Below are positions 1-15,045 of a stretch of DNA of 64,000 bases, one piece after another. The notes beneath the pieces are model-generated. The model was not told the DNA's origin. It saw only the letters and a program-made list of their open reading frames with translations, and made no database searches. The stretch spans positions 43,216,001 through 43,280,000 of the forward strand of contig NC_087437.1 of NCBI RefSeq assembly GCF_036321535.1, given 5' to 3'. Position numbers and translations under genes: made by a program. Position 1 is the first letter of the stretch. The number at the start of each line of letters is the position of its first letter. The stretch comes from Camelus dromedarius (lineage: Eukaryota).

Positions 1-1854
1 AGTTATCTGGACAGGGGAAATGTTCCCAGCTAATTTTGTATACCTTTCATTTATTCATGCTCAGCTGAAGAAAACGGTGCCTAAACTAAGTAAATTTAGT
101 GAAATTTGTCTCCAGTCTTCTGCCCGTGCTTTTCCTCCACGCTGGTTGGAACGTTGTCCAGCTGGAACTATGAAGACCTAGACTGAGCTGATTCTGTCAT
201 CCCTTCAGAGGCTTCTTCCAGAATGTGGACACTGGCCTGCCCAGATTTACCCTGTACCAAAGCAATCTTCCTTATCCCCCACCCTTCTTCACAGAAACAT
301 AACTATTCTCTTTCCACGCCTTGTAACCCTGCTCATTATTTTGAACTTTCTTCTGAAGCCTATCTCATGTTGTCCAGGCTTTGTGACTTTATTTTGCTCC
401 ATATCTAATGAAATTTTATTACCACAGCAACACTTTTCTCACGCTTTAGACCATAACCTTATGTTTCCTGTATTTGTTTTAAATTCAGGTAATGAAGTTT
501 CTGGTAACTGTGTGTCACTGGTTTGCATCACCTCTGCAAATTGTAGGTTGCTGAACTAAGATAGAAAACTCATTTGCTTGGCACAGTCAGGGTATTATAT
601 TTTGTACTTAACAAAACTTAACAAAACATTAGCTTACAGGCTGAATGAGACTGGCCAATTTTCTAAGAACTAGAATGCAGTACTGTACAAGTAGTAGTGG
701 ATATGTACCAAAATCATTTTACATCTATTGAGAATTCAGAATGCACTCTAGGCCTCAAAGGGATCATTATGCACACTAATTATTGTTGTACACTGCAGAA
801 ATAGCAGTTAGTAGAGGTTTCTTTTGATAGAAAGGCAGATAAATCAACTTCCCTGTAGTTAATTCTTTAGATGGTGCATAATCCCTTTATGCAAATACTG
901 GTCTTCCTGCAGCTTACATTGAGTTCTAAACTCCAACAGAGTTATGATAGGTGGAAGAAAATTCAAAGGCAAAGAAGTTCTTTGTAATGTACTTGACCCG
1001 GGGATCATTAGAACATTTGAGCACAACTCAGCTGCCTGAAGAAAGAACAGTGCTTTAGACGAAAGTACATTAACTATGATGGCTGGGGCAGAAATCACAT
1101 TAAGAATAATAGTTCCAGAAGAGTGTATTTCAGAACACAATTGGAAGGCCAGGTCTTCAACCATATGACAAATGGGTTCCTTGGAACTGAATTCCAGTTA
1201 CAAACTATCAAAGTACAGCTTTGAATTTCAAAATTTGATTTTACTTTGACCAGAGAAGGGGAACACTTATAATAGGACTATACTAGTTATAATAATAATT
1301 TTTTGTGCAAAGACATGCCATTTGGTTTTTTGGAAAAAAAAAAAAAACTGACGTGATCCAGTTTCAAATGGCTTAAATATTCTGCATTTCCACTTGTTGC
1401 TTGCCAAGGAGGATCATGAAAGCATATGTTTATCAGTTATCGAATATGCATAACAAAGACATGATGGTCGTAACTTGTGGATTTAATCTAACACTTATCA
1501 ATTTTCTAGTCCTCAACAAAGTAGTCCATTCAGTCCATCTTTATTTACTATATGTTTTCGTAAAAGTACAAGCATGTCAGCCTAACTATCATATCTCCTT
1601 AAATTCAGACAGGTTACATCCATTTATCCGATTCATTCACACAGACCTTAACTAAGTTACCTCTGTGAGCGAGAGCCTGCTGTGCTAAGAGTTGGGCGCT
1701 GATAAGACAGACTCCTCTGCCAAGGCATCGACAGTCTAGATAAGCAAATCAACAAGTTTGTTGTGTACAGAAAGGAAGAGCATATCCTTAAAAGAGAACT
1801 ACAGAAACGAAGTCATGGAAGGGTGAAAATTTAAGAGAATCTGGGAATAAACTA

Positions 1855-2110
1855 CAATAATTGTTACTAAGCACTGTTGTAGGTACTATGCTAAGTACTC
1901 TATTATCTAATGTTATAATATAATAATCTGTATTACTATCTAATACTGTAATATTAGTATTATCTATTGTGAGTCCTATATCCATCCTTCAAGTTTACTT
2001 TCCCTATTTTACGGATAAAAAGCTGAGGATTAAATAACTTGACCAAACTGTCATGTCTAGTAGCTCATGAAGCTGTGATTTGACTCTGGTTCTGACTCCA
2101 AGTCCTGTGA
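1855..2110 (-). mobile_element. MIR SINE remnant
   Basis: Core-like cctattttacggataaaaagctgaggattaaataacttgaccaaa ... gatttgactctggttctgactccaa, resembling the reverse MIR consensus. Confidence 0.65.
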
Positions 2111-2419
2111 TGTCAAAACTCTGTGTCTTCGTGTGAGTGGTTTGTCACAGCTGGAGAGAAGGATTCTGGGAAAAGTGGCTGAATCACAGTCTCTTTACAT
2201 GCGGGTAAAGATCTTATGGACCGTGTACACTGCATTTGAATTTTCCTAATCTCCAAAATTTCATTCCTGAATATTATTTCCAGAATTATGGAGCAGATAT
2301 CCCTCCAGCCAGACTTCTAAATGGCAAATAAATGTTTCATGGGGTCTTAAAAATATAGATTTGTATTCTTGACTTTTTTAACATGGAAAAAACTTACTAA
2401 ATTTTTACTGTGAAGAATA

Positions 2420-4343
2420 TTGACCTTCTGAACTCTTCTCCTTTCTTCTTGCCCTTGACCCTATGTCAACCATTCACTCCCTCAGCATACCCTGTATCTT
2501 ATCATAAACAGAAATTCCTCTACAGTCTTGCTTTCAAGTATTCCACTCTCCAGTCACCAGCTACTTTTTCTCAAGCTTACCCTTGATGCCTCAAAATCAT
2601 AAAATTCTTCAACCCTATTCATCCATAGAATTGTTGATTCAGCCAACTCTTCCTTGTTTCTCATCCCATTAATATCTTCTTCATCAGGTGTAAACAGCTT
2701 ATAGAACATCTTTGTTAGCTCTTACAACTATACTTAATTCTCTACCCATCTATTCCTAGACTTTGATTGTCTGCTGGCCACTCTAAATATACTGCCAACT
2801 TCAAGTGGCTCTCAGGCTGCCCAGTAATTATATTACAGTTTCCTTGTTTATTCTCCTTCCTTCCTGGTTGACCTCTCCTCCTCTCAAATCTTCAATAGTT
2901 CCTCTCAAATCTTCACTCTCAGCTAATTACCTTGCCTCCTATTTCAGTAAAAAAGTAAAAGTAATAAGAAAGGAGTGTTCACAATCCCCCTTTACTTTAC
3001 CTACTACCTACCCCTAGCTCTACCCTTATACTCCAAGAAAGGCCAAACCCTCGACTTGTGTGCTAGACACCATCTCCTTGTGCTAGACACCATCTCCTTT
3101 TGCTAACTGCTGGAAATTGTTCCCAAAACTTCCACCCAGCCCCCATTTTAGCAGCATCCACCTTTGTTCTCTCTATTGGATCATTTCCGTCAGCATGTAA
3201 ACATGCTACAAGGGCTCGATACTTGAACTCTTCTTCAAAGTTATACTTACCAAGTCTCCTGGCTTTAAATACTATCTATGAATTTATAGTGGTCAAATTT
3301 AAGTTTTTGCTCTCCTTCAATACAGATGTGAGTATTTTGCTGCCTATTCTCCATCTGTACTTGGAATAGCAGATGGAATTGGAATAGATGACGTATAACA
3401 GTCATCAATCAAACATAACACGTCTGGACAGTTTTTCCTTCCATCCCGGCTTCATGGTCTTCTCTACCTTAGTTAAAACCATCTCTATACCTCCAGAGGC
3501 TCCAAGAATCTTGAAATCATCCTTGACTTTCCTCTTCCTAATATGCCAGCGAATTGTGTTGGCTATGCCTTCAAAGTATATCTGGAATCTCATCCCTTCT
3601 TACTTATCTACTCTGGACCAAAACAGTCATCTCTCACCTGCATTATAGATTCTCTGTCTCTATCCTTGCCCTTATAGGCCTATTCTCAACAGCCACAGTG
3701 ACTATGTTCAAACAGAAGTTATATCATATTACTCCTTGCCTCAAAACCCTTAGTGGCTCCTTTTCCATCCAGAATAAAAACCAAAGTCCACACAGTGGCC
3801 CACGAAGCCTTACAAAGTCTCGCTCTGGTTACTCCTCTGAGTCACCTACTTTCTGTCTAGTGTCTCACTGTGCTTCAGCTGCATTTGCCTCCTTGCTCCT
3901 TATCAAAGCAGGCATGCTCTAGCCTCAGGACCTCGCTTGATGGTCTCTCTGTAAAGAATGCTGTCCCTCAAATATCTGCATGATGTGGTCTCTCAGTTTT
4001 TTTAGGTCTTCACTAAAATGTTATAATATTGTAAGGCTTTTTCTAGCTATGCTCTATGAAATTTTCTAGCTATGCTCTTTTCCCTAGCATGCCCATTTTT
4101 TTTAATCCACTGTCATATTTTTTCCAGAGGACTTATGACCATCTAAAACACAATATAATGTACTTACTTATATGGTTTATTATAGGGTTTATTATATTAT
4201 TATATACCTACAAGAGTGGCCCTATTAATGATTTTATCCATGTAAGGATTTTTGTCCATTTGTATAGTTATGTATCCCCTAAGCTTAGTATAGTGCTTAG
4301 CATAGTGAAGCTCACAAGAAATATTTGATGAATGAATAAATAA
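2420..4343 (+). mobile_element. LINE-2 (L2) 3' fragment
   Basis: Pyrimidine-rich body with typical L2 3' motifs (aaaacccttagtggctcc, cctcaggacct) and terminal cttagtatagtgcttagcatagtgaagctcacaagaaatatttgatgaatgaataaataa. Confidence 0.8.
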
Positions 4344-4559
4344 GTCTATAGGAAAATGACTAATAGTTCTGTTATACCTCTAACTAATGCAGGAAAATAA
4401 AACTCAAACACATTGTTCAACTCTTAGCCGAAGACAGTACCAAAGTTTCCTAAACACTTTTAAGAATTGTTAAGAAAAAAGTTCTTTACAAAAGAATTCT
4501 GTATATAAATTGTAGAATATACTTAAGGGAAAAAAATCAACATTTTTGCAATACCCAAC

Positions 4560-5760
4560 AAGTCACTGATTCAGGCAAAAACATTAATAGACGAAACCAT
4601 AGGATGAAAGGTTAATGGGGAATCAGATGTCATCTGTTCAGTCTTAGAATCACTAAAAGCAAGACAAAATAACATCAAGTGACATGATATTCATTCTGAT
4701 AATTTGGCAAACAAACTACACAGAATCACTTACAAAATATTCTTACAGAAAATAAAAAGTTGTACCTGAATCATAAAGTCTTTAGAATTAACTGATACTT
4801 TACAAGAAATACAGATGATTTGTGGGCACATTCAATGACATCATAATAAAACATATACATTTAGAATATAGGATGTTCTAACAAAAATTCTGACTCAGTG
4901 TTTTAATTAAGCTAAAAAAAGGTAGATGAGAAAAGATAGTTATATTAAAAGAAATTTAAGATGTGTAACAACCAAGGGCAATGTGCAGACATTGTTTTTA
5001 TCCTGATTCAAGCAAAGCAACAGAAAAATGAGATTTTGGAAACATCAGTGAAATTTGAAAATGGTTGTTAGATTATACCAAGGAATTATTCTTAATTTTA
5101 TTAGGTGTGGAATGGCCATATGTTTATGTAAATAAAAGCTCATATATTTCAAAATTGCATACTGAGGCTTATAGGTATGAAATGATATGATACCTGAAAC
5201 TTGCTCTAAGACACTTTTAAAACAAAAGAAGAAATAAGACCTATGATATAAGAGTGCCAAAATCTTTATCAAACTTGAATAGTGAGTGCTATGTCTGTGG
5301 ACCGAACTGTGTCTCCTTCAAATTCACATGTTGAAGCTCTAACCCTAATGAGACTATGTTTGGAGATGGGGCTTATATGAAATAATTAATATCAAATGAG
5401 GTCATAAGGGTAGGATTCTAACCTAATAGAATTGGTAGCCTTATGAGAAGAGGAAGAGAGAGAGCTATCTCTGTGTTTCTTCCCATGCATTCACACACCG
5501 AGGACAGGTCATGTGAGGCCACAGCAAAAAGGTGGCCTCCTATAAGCCAGGAGGAGAGCTGTCACTGGAAACAGAATCAGCTGGCACCTTGTTCTGACAT
5601 TTCCCAGGCTCTAGAACTGTGAGAAAAAAAAATTTCTGTTGTTTAAGCCATCTTGTCTATGTAATTTTGTCATGGCAGCCAAAGCAGACTAAGACAACGG
5701 ATATAGGGGAATTGATTATATTAGACACTCTAATTTTATGCATTCAGAAAACAAAAAATT
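4560..5760 (+). mobile_element. Old LINE-1 (L1MC/ME-like) 3' region, interrupted by the MLT1 LTR
   Basis: A-rich sequence with typical old-L1 3' motifs (aaccaagggcaatgtgcagac...tcctgattcaa; gaaatgatatgatacctg); continues past the MLT1 into ggggaattgattatatta. Confidence 0.6.
5287..5696 (+). mobile_element. MaLR solo LTR (MLT1A/B/C-like)
   Basis: Begins TGCTATG...tgtgtctccttcaaattcacatgttgaagctctaacc; contains ctagaactgtgaga...tttctgttgtttaagcca; ends gcagccaaagcagactaagACA (TG...CA termini, ~410 bp). Confidence 0.88.
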
Positions 5761-6399
5761 CTTCTGCTGAAAGTTTATGACCCATATCAATAAAAATAAA
5801 ATGTTATTTTAAGTTAAAATTCACATTTTGCTGCTCTGTCCCCTAACCTCAATCCATTTGATCTTGTAGATTTCCTGCTAGTATGTCATTAGCAGTCTGC
5901 AGCCTGCAAGACGAAGTCCAAGCTGTTTAACTAGCCAGTCTAAATTCTAAATGAATCTTGCAGCAGTGTCTCCCTCTGCTCTCTATAACACATCTTTGTA
6001 TTTTACCTAAAGAAACTAAACTTACATTACCAAAAATGCGCTCTCTCCTTTTATATTTGTAATGATTCTCCAAGTTTAGGCCAGTTTTACATTAAAATAA
6101 AAAAGATAAGTAAGCAGTTACTATATCCAATTATATGCAGCTAAATAAATGAAGGCTATGTGAGTTCTGATATTCGTCCTGGATTTTTCCTTCCTAGGAA
6201 GCTGGTAATAACCTTTAATCAGTGTGGCCAAGGAATTACTTCTGATAGAACTGTAGATCTCTCCTATGGCTCTCATGCTGGGAGCCCCACTGGTGCAGGA
6301 TGTCTCCAAATTTCAATACCTTTATTGATGAGTTCTGAGTTTTTCACTTACGTACTTGCAGGATGTTCAGCCTGTCATTATTAAGTGTTACTTTTCTTT

Positions 6400-7520
6400 A
6401 ACCTTACACATTTTCTTTCCATTTCCCACCACCTTCTTTTTTCACTCCCCCATCTCTGTTTTAATGTGCTCCTTCCATATTCTTTTAATTCATGCAGTTA
6501 TACACACACACTCGCACACACACATTTCGAGTCTCATTTGGGTTATAAAATGGAAATAGTTCATCTATACATCTTACTCTTACTTAACAGCTCATTACAG
6601 AAATCCCTTCACATCAGCTGATGAAGATTTAACTCATTTTTAGAAATAACTTCATGTTTTTCAGCAGAGATAAACCACAATTTACTCAACCTCTTCCCTA
6701 TCAATAAGCATTCACTTTTCCTTTTCTAGTTTTGCCACTACCACCCTGTGGGAGTGGAATGACTGGGATGTGTGTTTTAATTTGAACACATGCTTTCAAA
6801 TTGCTTTACAAAAAGTCTGTGAGATTTAACGTTTCCTTAAGCGATGCCTGAGAGTGCCCTAGCACATGGAGGATGTCAGGTCTTACTACGCTTTTGGTCA
6901 TATGCTGTCCACTGGGGAAAACAGTTGTATCTCAGGGCTACTTTCATTTGCATTTCTCTCAGTTCCCATGGTGGTTCTTCATACTTCCATCTATCTTTGG
7001 CCACTTTAATTTGCTTTGTAAATTGTCTATTCTTATTACTTGCCCATTTTTCTACTGAGTCTTTTGTTATCTGTTTTTAAAATATTTAGTATATTAAATA
7101 TAATAGCTCCTTTTAATTATCTACATTACAAGTATTTCTTTTCCACTCTATTACTTATTAGTGGCTTGAGATACATTTTTCATATATGAATTTTAAATAT
7201 TTATATGGTAAATATGTTCATCTTATGCTTCATATAATATAAGGATTTTGTCTTGTATTTAACGAACTCTCAAATATCTAGGTTGTGTATGTAACCTCGC
7301 AAATTGTCTTCTAAGGTTTTTTATTGCTTTATAATTACATCTTTAATCAACAGAAATTGGGTGAGACAGGGATCCAATGTATTTCCTTCTAATGTATAGT
7401 CAGTTATAACATCCATTTACTAAATTAGACCATCCTTTTCAAATGAATTGAAATACCTCCTTAGTGATCCATTATGTTCCACAATATACAGTGATCTATT
7501 GCTAAGCCATGTGTGCCTCT
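6400..7520 (-). mobile_element. Old LINE-1 (L1ME-like) 3' remnant
   Basis: Reverse L1 3'-region motifs: ttcatttgcatttctct, ttgcccatttttctactg, gtgagacagggatccaat. Confidence 0.6.
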
Positions 7521-10500
7521 CTACCAGTGGTTTTAAAATTTTACATTCATCTAAAATCTTTTCTCTTACTAGTTGGTATATCTGTGTTGCTCTGGTGTCC
7601 CATGTCATTTTAGTTTTACTTCTCTTAAGGCAATTACCACTTCCTACCTCAGATTATAGTTGCTTATACACATCTCCTCTGTTTCACTAAAAAATCCTTA
7701 AAAGAGAAAAATCCCCATCTAATTTATCTTTATACTCTCCACAGTTTCTTGAGCCATTTAGAAACTTCTGACATAGTTATTGAATGAATACACTAATGAT
7801 TAAATACAAATTGTGACACCTGCAATAGTTTCATACAGTTTTAGAAACCTAACATGATGGTGATTCTAGCCAAGATGTGGCAGATTTTTGTTCTTGTTAT
7901 AATTCAGAAGTTCTTGCTACAGTGAATGGAGTTGAACCAAGAAATTTTATTTATGTAATCTCTTAGTGCTTTGTTCATTGCTACGTATACCCAGACTACC
8001 CTTTTTTGCATAATTCAGTACACTATATGAACATTTAATAAGTAATTCAGTTAAATTTAGTATTATTTAGTACCTTTTCCCACTTTTTAAGGCCATGAAT
8101 GACATAGATGAGTTCATAGGTCTGCAAGATCCAGAAAACTTTGATAATATTAAGCCAAACCAAAGAAAAGCATTTATTACAAAAGGTCGTTTATTCATAT
8201 TTTCTACTTAACCACAGATTTTTGAAATGCCAATTTTGCTGTAATATAATAACGAACGACAATCACAGCAACTAATATTTTCTAATTCATTAATAAGTTG
8301 CCATTACATTAATCATGATATTCAAGTCAGCAGAAAAGAGCAATTAACAGATGTTTACCTGGGGCTACCTAAAATCATGCAGCTTTAACTCTGGGCCTTT
8401 CACAGTTTGTAGAGGAGCTGTTTGTGGTAGCCTCTGGGTAAAATAAAATGGGAAATTCTGCTTCGTTTCCAGCCCTTTTGTGCAGTACACTGAGAAATGC
8501 TGAAAGCTGACTTAATTTTGCCCTTTTGACAGGTTTTTTTTTTCTCTTTATATTCAGCATATAAACTGAATGTAAGCTAGTGTACAAAAAAATTTTTAAC
8601 ATTCAAATTAGCATGTAATGATAACACTAAGATGCAGTCCTTGTGTTAAAAAAAAAAAAAAACCTAATTTGCTTATTCTGATAGGATGCTCAGAGCCCAC
8701 TGGAGTGACCCATTAATTTTTCTTTTATTGAAGAGAAAGAGGCTGTCTCCTTGGAGGCTGGCAGGGGTTCAAACCCGGAGAAAAGGCTGGTTAGATATGC
8801 TGCACTTAGTGGCGCTGATAGATAGACAGGGAGTGATGGGTAAGATGTCAGGGAGCCAGTGTCCTGGATCAAGTGTGAATCAAAAGTGCAGTTGCACTGG
8901 GGCAAAAGCTGAGGGGTCCTGATGAGGCAGAACAATTGGCAAGATTCATGGAACACTGCCACTTTTTAAATATGGTTATTTAGTTCATTTTGGACAGCTC
9001 TTTCTGAGATTTTTTGTTAAACAGATCATCATACTTCTGAGATCAGGGGGTCCTCCATTAATATTTTAATAGACTTCATCTTCTTTAATGACCTTCATTT
9101 CCTAAAGAAATATTTCTTCTAACCTGCTAACTCCAAAATTAGCAAAATGAGCAAACAAAGCCTTGGCCCCCATTGTGTGAATTGAATGGATGCTCTGGTA
9201 TTAATTTTTTTTTTCTCTGATTTAAGCTTCTCCATTAAGAAAACATGGGCTTTTTACCAAGAACACATCTATGACATAAGGCCAGTCAGATAACAGTGAG
9301 CCTAGAACCATCAGGTTTATATCAAAGTCTTAGATTAGATCCTTGGAATGGGCCAGCAGAGTCCTATAGTTCTCAGAGTTCACAGGAAAAAAAAAAAAAA
9401 AAAAAATCCCAGAAAGCAGTTGGAGGGTTAGAGGAGGTTGGAGGGGCAAGAATCTTATGGCCTGCTACTAATTTTAGCACTAGTCGGTAATAATGAGGCA
9501 TTGTTTTGACTCAATCCTGACTCTTTTATTTACTTCTCTAGGACAAGAAATAAGCCGAGGGTGGCTTGGGTGGTCCTAACCTTAGAGGAAAGGCAGAGAA
9601 GTGACTTCCTTAGAAAGAAAGGAAATAACAAAAGAATAGTATTAAAGTAGGCCTCCGAGAATGACGTTTTCTGACAAGCAGACATGCTGGATCTAATTTG
9701 GCTTCCCTGGTAATGAAGCACTTTTTTGTTGTATGATAAAATGAAAAGCAGTTTGCTCTAACAGTGGGTTGCTAAACATGGGATCCATTATAAATGTGGT
9801 GATGCAACAAATATTTGTACCTTTTACAAATAGGAATACGTGAAAAGAAATGAACAACAAAGCATTTGAGTGATTAAAATCTAAATGAGATAAAATATAC
9901 TATAGGTACATAAAATATGCAAATGATGGGATCTGTTTCTTCATTTACTATGTCTTAATGGTGGGGGAAATAATGTACTTCCAATTGATACTAAAAAGAA
10001 ACTGTTTTATTATGTTTACTACACAATGAGCCCGCCTAAGGCATTCTCTAGTTATGTTATACATTATTAACTGTTATAAACCATTACTCTGAATAGCACC
10101 CAAGAGGCCTGGAAGTTAATGTATCTCTTTAAGTGCTTAGCTCACTACAAGAGAGTAACTTAGACACTGAAAAGTGACTGCTTGCTCATTGACTCTGATT
10201 CTGCCAAGATTAGGATAAAATTTGAGATAGGGTCAGAACATGTCAGGAAACATAAAAAGAAGAAGAGAGGAAAGGTTAAATTCATTGAAACAGAAATTCC
10301 AAACATGGATTTTGTGATATTCTAGGGTATCTATTTCAATAACCATCACAGAATTCTCCAAACAGCAGGACAATATGCCTCTGATATACCCCCTACCTCC
10401 CCGCCACACACACATAGATCCTTGACAGGCAAGAGGCCTGTGGTCTCATGTTTCTCCAGACTGTAACTTTTTTCCTGCTACAATTACTGATAAATAAATG

Positions 10501-13500
10501 ATTAGAGAAATGGTCAGTGGAGAGCTCCCTTCTTTCTCTTCCTCTAACCTGTTAAACTTATTTATCAAAACCTTTGTCTACACTTCCTATACTGCTAAGG
10601 ATAGAGGAATTAATGGTTGATTATTTAATGAATGTTATCCCAGCACATGATGTAAGGGAAGCCCTCCTTACATTTTTGTTCCAAACTCCACAAGAATTTA
10701 TAAATTTATATTTCTTTGTATGATTGTATTTATTTCCTCATTCAACAAAAATTTATTTACATATCTACTTTGTGCCAGATAATATGCAAGGGGTAGGAAA
10801 AAAAAATGATATATATATCTGTGTCCTTTTGAACTGGAAAACACTTAAGGGAAACTCATGGTTTTGGTTAATTTTTTATATTACAAATACAATTTTGGTT
10901 TGATGGGACATTTGTAATTTTTTTGTTTACCTTACTTTATATCTCATTCATTGTGAATTTTCCCTAGGTCTGCCAAGCATTTTTTGACACTATGAAGTTT
11001 CTCATTTAATTTGCACACACGATACAGCTCACAGAATTAAGTATTTGCTAACAGGTAATAAAACTCTCCCATGCCTTCCACTAGGCTCTTCCTGACCTTC
11101 TTCCTGGTGGGCGCTCCTCTCTTATACCCTAGAGATACAAGAAAAAGGAGAGATATGGGGAAGAAAAAAATTGTGGAGGGAAGACAAAAAAATGGAAGGA
11201 AGTGAGATGGAAAGGAGAAAAGGATAGTATGTAAAAAAAGGAATATGAAGACATGATACTGCATGTTGTACATGTAGATGGGGGTGCACGCACACATTTG
11301 TGTGGGGGAGGTTGTTCATTTAGGGAGAGAATTTCTTCTGGGTCACAGATTAGAAAGAAAAAATGAGAAATCTGGGGTACCAGAGAAAACTTTAGTAAAA
11401 AAAGATATGCAGAAAAATGTGTTTTCAGGATCTGAAACAATGTGAAGGAAAGTTCCGTTGGTTTGATATTAAAAGGTAATTGACCAGATAAACAAGAGCT
11501 ATTTCTACACTGTGGACTAAGCAGATTAAGAGAAACAATGATAATGTTCCTGGAAAAAATGGTAAAATGATATGCAAAGAAACAAAGAAAAAATGTATCA
11601 CTAAGACCAAAAAGTGAAAAAGAACTGGAATGCCTTGTCTTCCTAATTTGAAATTTCTCTAGAACCCAAAAGAGTCATCAGGTGTCTGGTAGGAACAGCA
11701 TCCTGCTCTCGAGGATTGTGCATGCTCTTTTCAAACCTTAGGTTCCACTGGTCCATGGAACTCTGCCCAGTTTCCTTCAATTCCTGATGCCATGCGGAGC
11801 CCTACTTTTATATTATGCAGTTAGAGCACCAAGAAAAGGTGTTTCATTCACTTTTACTCTCTGCTTAAATGTGACCTGATTTCCATTTCTTTATAGCACA
11901 TTTTATTCTAACATATATTTACTTGATCAGAGACCTTCTTCCATCATCTTTGTGTTACTTACTTCTGTTATGTCCTTTGGAGGTAGGTCATGCTCAGGGT
12001 TTTGGTGGCGTAGTTAAACTTGGTGGAGGAGAAAATCTATTTTCTAAATCACACTGTACATATTATTATACAGAGGCATATATATACACACAGACAGACA
12101 CAATTTGTTATGTTTTGTCTTTCCTTTCTCATTTCCTCATACATTTTCTCATTCACCTATTTTCCTTCCCCCTCCTTCTCCTCCTACTTTGATTAGTAGT
12201 AGCAATATTAGTAATTATACTAGTAGCAGTAGCAATGGTATTACCTTCTGCTGTTATCTTACATACATGATGTATAACACAAAAATAGTATTTCTCCATT
12301 TAACAGGTGTAGAAACAGAGTGGAAAAAAAGGTTAATTTGCAAAGTTACTAGAGTAGGATTCTGCACTGAATTATTCTATAAGTCAGGGTAGTGTTGAAG
12401 CTAAAAATTAACAATTTGTAAAGTGAGGATAACTGGCCTCAGTGGATGTTGAAAGGAACAAAGGGAAATCTGTTTTACATGTGCGAGTAATAATGCATAT
12501 TTCCATTTGTATAATTTAGGGACAAGTTTATAAACAAAGGCAGGGTGTGGACAAGAGTTATTTATCATTTAAAAACTCCTGTGTTAATTGAAAAGGATCA
12601 TTACCAGAGTTTTAGCTAGGTAAATAATGATTTTGAAATTCTGATTAAAAGTTATCTGCTGCATTTCTCCCTAAAATTATCTCCTCCACGGATGCACCAT
12701 TCTCTAGATCAGTAACGATAAAATAAATAGTAATTACAGTTTATCTTGAGAGGGTACTTTAAAACTTCAACTGTTAGTGGCTGTAAATGTTTAATGTGTA
12801 ATTACAATGTGGGAATAAATTAATAATCTGGAAAAGCAAAAGAAGGTGATGGCCTGTTTTCCTTCAAAATTGAACATCTGTCTTCTAATAGATACTGAAC
12901 CGGTAATGTGAAATTGGTACTTAAAGCAATACTGTAAGCTTTCTTACATTCGATGACCAAATTATATTTGGCACATAATTGGCACCAAATACACATGTTG
13001 GTGAATAAATGAGTGATGGACATCATAGACTGAAGTTGGCTTGTACTTAGCACAAAAAAATTACTTTCTAGTATGTACAGTTGATGGCCAAAATCTTGGA
13101 GGGTACAAAGGTATTTACAAGGGAACAGGCATTTTCACCTGAAAGAAATGAAAAATAATAATACTAGAGAATTATTCAGGCAGTTCCAGATGCTGATTCT
13201 TCAAGATCTCTCCATGAGAAATTTATCATTTGATTTAAATTATCCAGCTAATTCGTTAAGTCATTCAGCTTGTTTTATACATATGAGTACACTGTTTACT
13301 AAATAAGAACAGTGGACCCAGAATAAACAATGGGCACCCATTCAATCAGGAGGAGTAAGACACACATTAATTGATATTCTAATTGTATATATTTTCAAGT
13401 TTTGTACTTTTTCAAATTAAATGATAGCTTCAAGATCTAGAAACTAGTCTAAACAAATCAATTTGTCCAAGTTCAGCAATTAAAAGGATCTTTATATTTG

Positions 13501-14539
13501 ATACAATTGCATCACTAATCATTTTACTTTCTGCTTTGAATAGTAACTTTTCTTGTAATTTAAATTGTAATTTTTAAGTTACCTTTAAACATTTAAAAAT
13601 GAATTTTATTAAAATTTCTCAGTTTATTTTAACATTACCTAAGTACACTTATTATTCAGAGGCAAGCTACTAACATTGAGTTCTATTTTTTTTTTCCTAC
13701 CTGAGAACACCTCTCACATGAATTCATGAAATACTTAGGAAATTTATCTCCATTAGAAACTGGAAACTGGGTAGCCAAAATGTATAACAAAATGATTTTA
13801 TTTTCCAATATCCGAGTTTGGCAAAAAAAAAAAAAAAAAAAAAAAAAGTAGCTGTTCAGAGCACAGTACTTCATTGATTTCACTGATTTTTTAAGAAAAT
13901 ACCCAATTCCTTCTGTGTGAGAGCAGAGTTGTTCTTTGTGGAGCAAGTCTTATCCGATGAAGAACAAGTTTACTCATTAGTTGTCAGTTACTCTAGATGG
14001 TTCAATAGGAGGTGATAAACCAAAATTGCTGAGACAATTCATGCAGTAAGTAGTTTACTAAAGAATGAATAGCCCCCTCCCCCAATCCCAGTAAATAATC
14101 CTGTGCATATTTGCTTCTCAGGATCTTGAGAAGATTTTCATCTCAAATGTACCTCTTTCAAAGATGCTCCAACTCTTGGAATGGTCACCATTCATCAGCT
14201 TAGAGATTATATATTACATATGCCAAGTATGTCCGCAAAGTCACCTTTTAACTCTCTCTCCCTAGGATCTTGTATTAAAAAAACAATTCTTTCCATCAAA
14301 CTACATTTATGTTTTAATTAATGTTCTTCCTTTTACCTATCAAATACGTGTAATAGTCAAAAGTACTACATTATTTTTCCAGTCAAAAGCAAAACAACAA
14401 TGAAACTTACATTTTAATTGACCTAGGTAAGTCTCTACTACTTTGAGACTCTTTATGGCCCAGAAAGTCCAAATTAGGAGGCCTAGTTTTGATTATAGTG
14501 ATTAATAGTGATTTTTTTTTAGCATTAATAGTATTAATA

Positions 14540-15045
14540 GTGATTTACTCCCTTTGATCCATCTTCTTCACAACTGCCAGAACATTGTATTTACCATGAA
14601 GCTCCTCTGCCAAAATCTTTCAGTGGTTAACTATTCCTGCCAGGAGAAAACCCAAGCTAATTAACATGGTTTACGAGGGCAGCCCTAGCCTGCCCCATTC
14701 CTCATCTTCCACCATGGTTTGAGTTACAGTACATGTTCAAGTGTCTCTGAACCATTTGGCTTCCCGACCTGTACTTCACTTCCCAGCATTCTCCCCAAAC
14801 ACACATACTAGTGCCTGTGTTCCCTGCCAGTCATGCTCCTTCTTCTAACCCAACTTTCAGCTCGGAAAACTCTCCGGAACTTTTCAGCATGTGCTGCCTT
14901 GGCACTCATGTGTGTCTGGAGAAAACATGCTATACGTGCGGCTGTTTGCCTTTCTAGGTGCTTAGCTCTTTGAGAGGAGGGTGTGTGTCTCAGGAATCAT
15001 GTGTTGATGGTGATCCATCCAGCTCCTGGCACAGATAATGGCAGG
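14540..15045 (+). mobile_element. L2 remnant
   Basis: aaaatctttcagtggtt...; gctctttgagaggaggg...; cagctcctggcacagataat, resembling the L2 3' end. Confidence 0.5.

Noticed and set aside
10968..11054. 87-nt pseudo-exon (ccctAG ... CAG|GTAATA)
   Set aside because: In-frame stop in phase 1; no supporting evidence for a poison exon.
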